The notes under the pieces are model-generated. The model ran no database searches. It was not told the DNA's origin and saw nothing but the letters and a program-made list of their open reading frames with translations. Below, piece after piece: positions 57,420 to 64,000 of a stretch of DNA of 64,000 nt. This stretch comes from Polyangiaceae bacterium (lineage in GTDB: Bacteria; Myxococcota_A; Polyangia; Polyangiales; Polyangiaceae). Both the position numbers and the translations under genes were made by a program. The stretch covers positions 224,001 to 288,000 of the forward strand of contig CBDCTZ010000008.1 of the NCBI GenBank assembly GCA_965222375.1, in the 5' to 3' direction. Every line of letters begins with the position of its first letter. Positions within the stretch are counted from its first letter, which is position 1.

Positions 57420-57953
57420 ATGCCCGGATACAAATCCCTCGTCGCATTCCTGCTCGTCCTGTCCAGCTGCGCCGAATTCGGCCAGAAGGACGACGCCAAG
57501 ATCCCCGGCGATGAGCTCGGCACCTTTCACGTCGTCGGCCGCATGGACGTGTCCAGCTGCGGCCCCGGAGCCCTCGGTTCCAAACCGGTCTGGGAGTTCG
57601 ATGTGAAGCTGTCCCGGGATGGCAACGATCTATATTGGCTCAACGGTCAGGAACCGATCTACGGCCGAATTTCCGCCGACGGCGTCACCTTCTCTTTCGA
57701 CACCCAATCGGCCGTCACCACACGGCCCGCCAAGGGTGCCCTGCCCGGGTGCACGGTGATCCGCCGGGATTTGGCCAGTGGCGTACTCCAGGGCAGCGGC
57801 GAGGTCTCTGGTTTCGCGGCTGACATGCGCTTCGGCTACGCACCGACAGAAGTCAGCGATTGCACGGACCTGGTTGGGGTCGACGGCGGGTTCGCCCAGC
57901 TGCCGTGCGAGATAGGCTACGACCTCGACGCCGCTAAAGTCGCGAAACCTTGA
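57420..57953 (+). CDS. hypothetical lipoprotein
   Basis: LSSC lipobox; four further Cys. Confidence 0.7.
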   Translation: MPGYKSLVAFLLVLSSCAEFGQKDDAKIPGDELGTFHVVGRMDVSSCGPGALGSKPVWEFDVKLSRDGNDLYWLNGQEPIYGRISADGVTFSFDTQSAVTTRPAKGALPGCTVIRRDLASGVLQGSGEVSGFAADMRFGYAPTEVSDCTDLVGVDGGFAQLPCEIGYDLDAAKVAKP

Positions 57954-58021
57954 GGTTAATTGCCGTATTTCGCTGCTTTCCTTGGCACCACCCGCGGCAA
58001 CGTGATTAACTCTGAACCAAC

Positions 58022-58360
58022 GTGCAGGCAGGACACCAGTCCCGGAAACAGCCGGCGGGGATCCCCCGCACCTGCGCACGGCCAAAGGTCGCAATAGCGG
58101 CCTTTTCTACATGGAAACGTCCCAGACGGTGATTGCCGCGGGCGAAAGTCGCTTACGGCGGCTCTCCCGAGGGGCGTCCGGCAGCTTGCCGGAGGAGGAG
58201 AAAAATCGCATGAGCCGATATTTGACCCCGAACCCGGGACGGGTCCCCTTCACCGGAGGGCCGACGCCCTAACGACCGTCTAGCCTGCCTCGAAGCAGGC
58301 ACTCCCGGCGGTCAGGGTACGCGCAGCGATGCGTCGTAACCGGGACATCAGGGAGAATCG
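58022..58360. ncRNA. candidate structured non-coding RNA (possibly 6S-like); strand unresolved
   Basis: No ORF of 60 aa or more in most of the interval; multiple stems visible (see findings). Confidence 0.35.
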
Positions 58361-58488
58361 GGACGAGCCGCGTGCATAAAGCAGCACGCGGCTCGTTTTT
58401 TTGTCTTCAGCGCACGGAAAGCCCTCATAAAACTGGCGTCTCAGGGGCTCCGCAAACGCGGCTGACAGTGCTAGCCTTCGCGCCGCTC

Positions 58489-60312
58489 ATGCTGGACTTT
58501 GCATCCTTTGTTGCGGCGCAAATCACCGCTCCGCTCTTGGCCGCTGACTTTTTCTGGCAGAACCCGCTGTTCGCCAACGAGTCGTGGAGCCGGTTGATGA
58601 ACGGGCTGCGCATTGGCCTGACCTTGGGCGGCGCACTGCTCCTGATCTACGAGGTCCGCGCTTGGCGCCTCAAAGAGCCAGTGCCCGAGCGAACGCGGAA
58701 GCGGGTCGCCATCGTGATGAGCGCCATGGCGTTCGGCGCCTACTTCGACTTCTTCAATCCGAACATCCGCTACCCCGAGTACTACCACCGGCACGAGTTC
58801 TTCCACTACTACCTCGGCTCCAAGTACACCCAAGAGCTGGGCTACAAGCGCATCTACGAGTGCGCGGCCGCCGCGGAGATCGACATGGGCAAAGGTGCCG
58901 AGGTCCGGCGCCGCGAGCTACGTGACTTGCGCGTGAACTTGATCAAGCCCAACACCGCCCCCGACGTCGCAGCCCACATCGACGAGTGCAAACCGCGCTT
59001 TTCGCCGAAGAAATGGGAAGCCTTCAAGAAGGACGTGGCCTGGTTCGCCCAGGTGTCCCGGGGAGGCTACTGGGACAACATGCAGAAGGACCATGGCTAT
59101 AACCCGCCACCGGTCTGGACGATGGCGGGTAAGTTCTTCTCGTCATTTGGCAGCGCGGGGGATCGCTTTTTCAAGGTGCTCGCGTCCATGGACATCCTGT
59201 TCCATCTCGGATGCGTCGTGATGCTATTTTGGGCCTTCGGGTGGCGCGTGGGGGCCATTGCGACGGTATTTTGGGGGTGTAATGCGCCCGCAAACTTCTA
59301 TTGGACCGGCGGCGCCTTCATGCGCCAAGACTGGATCTTCCTACTCACGGCATCAATTTGCCTTGTGCGTAAGCGCTATTTCTTTTTGGGCGGAGCTGCG
59401 CTCACTTGGTCGGCGCTGTTACGCGTATTCCCCCTGCTATTTTTTGCCGGCTGGGGGATCATCATCGGTCTCTACGTCATACGAAGATTTAGAGACTGGA
59501 GATCCGGGAAGTTGGCTGCCCAGGCCGCGCTAGTGAGCGGCACGGGCAAGAAGGCCAAGAAAGGCAGGGCCAAACCTGGCGACTCGCCCGGACCCCTACC
59601 CGGTGGAATCCTCGGGCTGTTGCACCCGGACCATAGACGCTTACTCGCAGGCTGCATCGTCGCGTGTGGTGTGCTCATCCCCGCCAGCATCGTGGTGACG
59701 GGGCCGAACTCCTACGTGGATTTCGTCAAGCACACGCTCACGGTTCACAACAACACCCCGCTGACCAATCACATGGGGCTGCAGACCATCCTGGTTCACG
59801 ACTGGGATGGACGCATGCGTTTCACCCGCGATGACAACCTGGACGACCCATTCCAAGGCTGGAAGCAGGGTCGGCTAGATCGCCATAAGAAGTTGCGCTG
59901 GGCCCACCTGCTTCTGATCGGGGGCCTGTTCGGCTGGACGATCTGGGCGCTCAGACGCACCAAACTGCTGTGGATTGGTCAGGCGTTGGCTGCGCCCATC
60001 GTCATGGCGATGACCAATCTGACTTGTTACTACTATTCCATGTACCTACTGTGCGCAGCGCTGGCCATGGCGAGATGGCAGCTCGGCCCGGTCGTGCTGC
60101 TCGCCAGCGGCGCCAGTCAGATCTTGCTGCTCAACTACTACTGGGTGGACGACAAGTTCACGGCCCAGGCGTGGCTGTTCTGGATCTTCGGGCTGGTACT
60201 GCTCTACGGCTACAGTCGCCCCTTCAGCATGGAGCGCCTCAGAGCGTGGTGGGCCGGCAAACCCGAGCCGAAGCCTCGGGCAGCGCTTCGCTCGCCTGCG
60301 CCCGCGGAGTAA
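58489..60312 (+). CDS. polytopic membrane protein, GT-C-like
   Basis: FHYYLGSKY, DHGYNPPPVW, GGAFMRQDW; many TMs; start uncertain (58372 possible). Confidence 0.65.
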   Translation: MLDFASFVAAQITAPLLAADFFWQNPLFANESWSRLMNGLRIGLTLGGALLLIYEVRAWRLKEPVPERTRKRVAIVMSAMAFGAYFDFFNPNIRYPEYYHRHEFFHYYLGSKYTQELGYKRIYECAAAAEIDMGKGAEVRRRELRDLRVNLIKPNTAPDVAAHIDECKPRFSPKKWEAFKKDVAWFAQVSRGGYWDNMQKDHGYNPPPVWTMAGKFFSSFGSAGDRFFKVLASMDILFHLGCVVMLFWAFGWRVGAIATVFWGCNAPANFYWTGGAFMRQDWIFLLTASICLVRKRYFFLGGAALTWSALLRVFPLLFFAGWGIIIGLYVIRRFRDWRSGKLAAQAALVSGTGKKAKKGRAKPGDSPGPLPGGILGLLHPDHRRLLAGCIVACGVLIPASIVVTGPNSYVDFVKHTLTVHNNTPLTNHMGLQTILVHDWDGRMRFTRDDNLDDPFQGWKQGRLDRHKKLRWAHLLLIGGLFGWTIWALRRTKLLWIGQALAAPIVMAMTNLTCYYYSMYLLCAALAMARWQLGPVVLLASGASQILLLNYYWVDDKFTAQAWLFWIFGLVLLYGYSRPFSMERLRAWWAGKPEPKPRAALRSPAPAE

Positions 60313-60335
60313 GCTCCAGAGCCCGTCACAGCCCG

Positions 60336-60707
60336 TCAGCTCTGCCGGCGGCGCGTGCTCGGGGATGGCCCTTCTTCCTCGAGCCAAAGAACGGCTTCGA
60401 CGCGAGAATCGAAGGCCTTCATGCGCTGTCCGCTGGCCAGGGCCATGGCGGAAACAACCACGTGCCATAGCTTCTTTTCGGTAACAACCGCCACGCATTT
60501 GACCTTGGACTTGTAGCGGGAGTTCCACTCCACGAAGAGCTGGCGCGCCGCGGAGTCGTAGCCGGTCATCTCGCGACAATCGACCAATAGGTTTGCCTGC
60601 GACGAGGCCTGCACCAGCGCGGCGGATGCTCCGGCGAGAGCCGAACGCAGCACCCCCTCGCTCAAATGGCCATCCAGCTGGATGACAACAGGATCCCCAT
60701 CGGCCAT
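60336..60707 (-). CDS. STAS/SEC14 (SpoIIAA-like) domain protein
   Basis: LLVDCREMTGYDSAARQ..VAVV..KAFDSRVEAVLWL. Confidence 0.75.
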   Translation of the reverse strand: MADGDPVVIQLDGHLSEGVLRSALAGASAALVQASSQANLLVDCREMTGYDSAARQLFVEWNSRYKSKVKCVAVVTEKKLWHVVVSAMALASGQRMKAFDSRVEAVLWLEEEGPSPSTRRRQS

Positions 60708-60714
60708 CGGGCTA

Positions 60715-61365
60715 TCACATCACGCCGCGAACCGACTCCATGGCTCCATCCACGCCGTGGGGGAGGAGCTTGAGCAGCAGGTCCAGGTGATCCGTATCCG
60801 TCTCGATCCCACGCAGGGTCATCAATGCGGTGACGACGGATAGCATGCGGTCTGCCTTGCGATTTCCCGCGAGCTTCGGGTGCTTGCGGAGGTCGAGCAC
60901 GATGCGATCGTCCTTGGCGTCCACCAGCATCGCCGGCCGCTTCGGCATGAATGCTGCCAAGTTTCCGGGCTTGGACAGGTCCAGAGCACCGGACTTGAGC
61001 AACGTCGCGACCGGCGAATCCGAGCTGTCATCCACTAGCTTCATCTCCACGTCGGCGAGGCGGAGCTCGAACAAGATCTCGCTCGCGTCCAAACTCACCT
61101 TCTCCACGAAGACGGTCGCGGCGGCGCGCACGTCGGTCCCGGCCAAGTGGACCACGGCGCTGGCGCGAACCCCCGGCGGTACCGCCACCAGACGCAGATC
61201 TTTGGGGGCCTTTTTGCCGCGCAGCTGACCGGCAAACCAACGTAGGGCATCCAAGGGCAGCCCCACACGTAGCCCAAACGCGTTTTTGATGACGCGAGCT
61301 ATTTCCTCAGGATGATTGGCGAGATAGCTTGTCGCCGCTAGCGCCATGGCCTTCTTGTCTGGCAT
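60715..61365 (-). CDS. hypothetical protein
   Basis: Intact ORF with plausible composition. Confidence 0.65.
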   Translation of the reverse strand: MPDKKAMALAATSYLANHPEEIARVIKNAFGLRVGLPLDALRWFAGQLRGKKAPKDLRLVAVPPGVRASAVVHLAGTDVRAAATVFVEKVSLDASEILFELRLADVEMKLVDDSSDSPVATLLKSGALDLSKPGNLAAFMPKRPAMLVDAKDDRIVLDLRKHPKLAGNRKADRMLSVVTALMTLRGIETDTDHLDLLLKLLPHGVDGAMESVRGVM

Positions 61366-61463
61366 TGCCCGGCAGTATAGAGGCTAGCCACCACAGTTCA
61401 CCAGCGCTTCGTCCACAGAATTGGGCGAAGCAAGGATGCCCCTTCACGGCAGAGGTTTTGTCC

Positions 61464-62792
61464 ATGTTCGTCCGCTCCGAGGTCCCCGCCGACCAAGTCC
61501 ACGCCACTCTCCGCAAGCACATGCTGGTCGACGGCTACCCCATCGTGGTCGACATGGAGAACAGCAAGCGCTCCTGGGTCCGGGACTTGGTGAGCGGCAA
61601 AGAGTACCTGGACTTTTTCAGCTTCTTTGCCTCCAACCCCATCGGCTTCAATCACCCCAGCATGTTGGACCAGGATTGCCTCGATCGCCTTGCTCGGGTG
61701 GGTGTGACCAAGGTCTCCAACGCGGACTACTACACCACCTACATGGCCGAGTTCGTCGATACCTTGTCGCGAACCGCCGGCCACGAAGAGCTGCCCCACT
61801 ACTTTTTCGTGGACGGAGGCGCCCTCGCCGTCGAAAACGCCATGAAGGTCGCTTTCGATTGGAAGGTGCGTAAGAACCTGGCGGCCGGGCGCGAGCCGAT
61901 CGGCAACCAGGTGTTGCACCTGGAGCACGCCTTCCACGGCCGCAGTGGCTACACCCTCAGCGTCACCAACACGGATCCGGTCAAGACGATGCACTTCCCG
62001 CAGTTCGACTGGCCACGCATCCCCGCGCCGGGAATCGTCTTCCCCCAAACCAAGGAAAACGAGAGCGATCTGATCGAGCGCGAGCGCGAAGCGCTGTCTC
62101 TCGCAGCTCGTGCCTTCGAAGAGCGCCCCCACGAGATCGCCGCCATCCTGGTCGAGCCCATTCAGGGTGAAGGTGGCGATACTCACTTTCGGCCGGAGTT
62201 CCTGCGGGGCCTCAGAAAACTGGCGGACGAAAACGACGCAATGTTGATCTACGACGAAGTCCAGACCGGATTGGGCCTGACGGGCAAGTGGTGGGCCTTC
62301 GAGCATTGGGACGTCGTGCCGGACATCCTCTGCTTCGCCAAGAAGATGCAGGTCGGAGGTATCTTCGTCTCCAAACGTGTCGACGAGGTCCCGGGCAACG
62401 TCTTCGTGACGCCAAGTCGCATCAACAGCACCTGGGGCTCTTCCCTCACGGACATGGTGCGCTGCACCCACATCCTCGAGATCATCGAAAACGAGAACTT
62501 GCTCGATAACGCCCGAGTTCGCGGTGACGAACTCGCGAAAGGCCTCCGCGCCATCGAAGCGCGATTCTCCGGCGTCGTCACCAATGCCCGAGGCCGCGGC
62601 CTGATGTGCGCCCTCGACATGCCGACTCCGGAGCTGCGCGCCAAAGTCATTCGACAGTGTTTCGAAGACCAGATGATCGTGTTGCCCTGCGGCGAGCGCT
62701 CCGTCCGCTTCCGCCCCACCCTGACTGTCACCCAGGACGCCATCGCCGAGGGCATCAAGCGGCTCGAGGCAGCAATCGAAAAAGCCAGCTAG
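61464..62792 (+). CDS. lat: L-lysine 6-transaminase
   Basis: KHMLVDG, GGALAVENAMKVAFDWK, FHGRSGY, EPIQGEGG, DEVQTG, FAKKMQ, SRINSTWG. Confidence 0.93.
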   Translation: MFVRSEVPADQVHATLRKHMLVDGYPIVVDMENSKRSWVRDLVSGKEYLDFFSFFASNPIGFNHPSMLDQDCLDRLARVGVTKVSNADYYTTYMAEFVDTLSRTAGHEELPHYFFVDGGALAVENAMKVAFDWKVRKNLAAGREPIGNQVLHLEHAFHGRSGYTLSVTNTDPVKTMHFPQFDWPRIPAPGIVFPQTKENESDLIEREREALSLAARAFEERPHEIAAILVEPIQGEGGDTHFRPEFLRGLRKLADENDAMLIYDEVQTGLGLTGKWWAFEHWDVVPDILCFAKKMQVGGIFVSKRVDEVPGNVFVTPSRINSTWGSSLTDMVRCTHILEIIENENLLDNARVRGDELAKGLRAIEARFSGVVTNARGRGLMCALDMPTPELRAKVIRQCFEDQMIVLPCGERSVRFRPTLTVTQDAIAEGIKRLEAAIEKAS

Positions 62793-62880
62793 GCGCGTCT
62801 TTGGTTTGGTTTGGGGTCGTGGCGCTGGGGCGGCCTTGGGGCGCTAATCTCGTGCGGGGGCACACGGGGGCGCTGGTGAA

Positions 62881-63360
62881 AGGTGGCTGCTGAAGAGCGG
62901 ACGCGTCGTGGACTCGGGGGGCCCGTGAGATGTTTATGCGTGGGCTCGCGGGGCCTCGCAGCGCCGGACCCGCTGGGCCGCGCGTGCGATCTGTGTGCCG
63001 CGTGCCTCGCGCGGTGCTTCGCTAGGTACACATCGCGGGGGAAGGGTCCCCCGCCGACCCCCCTCGCTCCGGGGCCGCGGCCCCGGTCGCCTTCCCCTGG
63101 TCTAGGTGACTGCTGAAGAACAGACGCGTCGTGGACTCTGTGGGGCCCGTGAGATGTTTGTGCGTGGGCTCGTGAGGCCCAATAGCGCCGAACCCGCTGG
63201 GCCTTGCGTGCGATCTGTGTACTGCGTGCCTCGTGCGGTCCATCGCTAGGTACACATCGCAGGGGAAGGGTCCCCCGCCGCGCCCCCTCGCTCCGGGGCC
63301 CCGGCCTCGGTCGCCTTCCGCTGGTCTAGGTGACTGCTGAAGAGCAGACGCGTCGCGGAC
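62881..63360. repeat. ~223-bp imperfect tandem repeat (2 copies plus start of a third)
   Basis: Units begin AGGTG(G/A)CTGCTGAAGA at 62881, 63104, 63328. Confidence 0.9.
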
Positions 63361-63383
63361 CAATTGGTGCAGCCGCCCGCCCT

Positions 63384-63452
63384 CGCGCTCACCCCCGCGC
63401 ACGCGCTCACCCCCGCGCACGCGCTCACCCCCGCGCACGCGCTCACCCCCGC
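63384..63452. repeat. 18-bp tandem repeat (~3.8 copies)
   Basis: CGCGCTCACCCCCGCGCA repeated. Confidence 0.9.
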
Positions 63453-63461
63453 TCGACCAGA

Positions 63462-63917
63462 TCAGTCGCCCTTCTTGGCCTCGACGGTCTCTGTGCTCTC
63501 TTCGAGCTCACCGGCAACGCCACGGTGTTTGAGCTCATGGGAAACGCGATCCCCAAAGGTGTGTGCAAGCTTAGTGACCAGATCCGGCACTTCTTGAAGC
63601 AAGGCGCTCCAGGTGCTGCCGGAGTCCCCCTCGACGGTCAAGACGTGCGCGTGGCCATCCTTGCCCACGGCGATCGCCGCGACAGGTTCCAGTTCGATCG
63701 CGCCACCTGCGCCTTGGCCTCCGGTATCGCCGCCCACCTTGCCCTTGTGGGCGCCCGCGGTCGCGCTGCCAGCGCCGAAGGCGATCTTGACGCGGTGCAC
63801 GGGAATGACCGTCGCCTCACCCGCAGCCCGGGGCTCACCCACGATGGTCTCACTCTTGGAGACACCGTGGATGCCATCCAAGAGATTGCCGACCAGCTTG
63901 GTGATCTTGTCCGTCAT
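63462..63917 (-). CDS. YtfJ/GerW-family protein
   Basis: ETIVGEP..TVIPVHRVKIAFGAG..GAGGAIELEPVA. Confidence 0.8.
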   Translation of the reverse strand: MTDKITKLVGNLLDGIHGVSKSETIVGEPRAAGEATVIPVHRVKIAFGAGSATAGAHKGKVGGDTGGQGAGGAIELEPVAAIAVGKDGHAHVLTVEGDSGSTWSALLQEVPDLVTKLAHTFGDRVSHELKHRGVAGELEESTETVEAKKGD

Positions 63918-64000
63918 CGCGTCATCCTTCCTGCGAGGCTACCGCTGTCCGCGGCGAGACTCGAAACTTTCGTACCACGAACCATAGGCCGTCGACGAGT

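Noticed and set aside
58110..58360. RNase P RNA, tmRNA or c-di-AMP riboswitch
   Set aside because: Lacks GAGGAAAGUCC, tRNA-like ends and the CAGCUAAC continuation after CCCGAACCCG
62881..63452. Possible CRISPR array
   Set aside because: The sequences between the shared junctions are themselves near-identical, not unique spacers

Overview
GC-rich chromosomal segment whose gene content (DUF1552 cluster, Cys-rich lipoproteins, FHA-GGDEF, Ser/Thr kinase, PQQ-propeller) suggests a myxobacterium (inference, likely Polyangiales-like). The left part is housekeeping: a 5'-nucleotidase/lipoprotein/outer-membrane operon, the lptA-lptB-rpoN-hpf-ptsN-hprK-rapZ-ptsH-ptsP cluster, an SDR enoyl reductase, an ECF sigma factor and guaA. 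The central feature is a ~13.9-kb element (31562-45509) integrated in tRNA-Pro(TGG) and bounded by perfect 53-bp att repeats. It looks like a phage satellite of unusual make-up. Its tyrosine integrase reads through the att core, so the C-terminus switches from 5 to 85 residues on excision. It carries AlpA/Xis-like HTHs, a stand-alone DnaB-N-like protein plus a primase-less SF3 helicase, a symmetric candidate origin, and a large terminase with no capsid or portal. Its cargo is DUF2971 plus two tandem Shedu (DUF4263)-type nucleases with divergent, dsRBD-like N-terminal domains. The right part holds ankyrin and AAA-DUF4143 genes, glgC-glgA, a diguanylate cyclase, a kinase, an isoaspartyl peptidase, a candidate structured ncRNA (~58.0-58.36 kb), lat and tandem repeats. 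All family calls are by motif recognition only; no searches were run.
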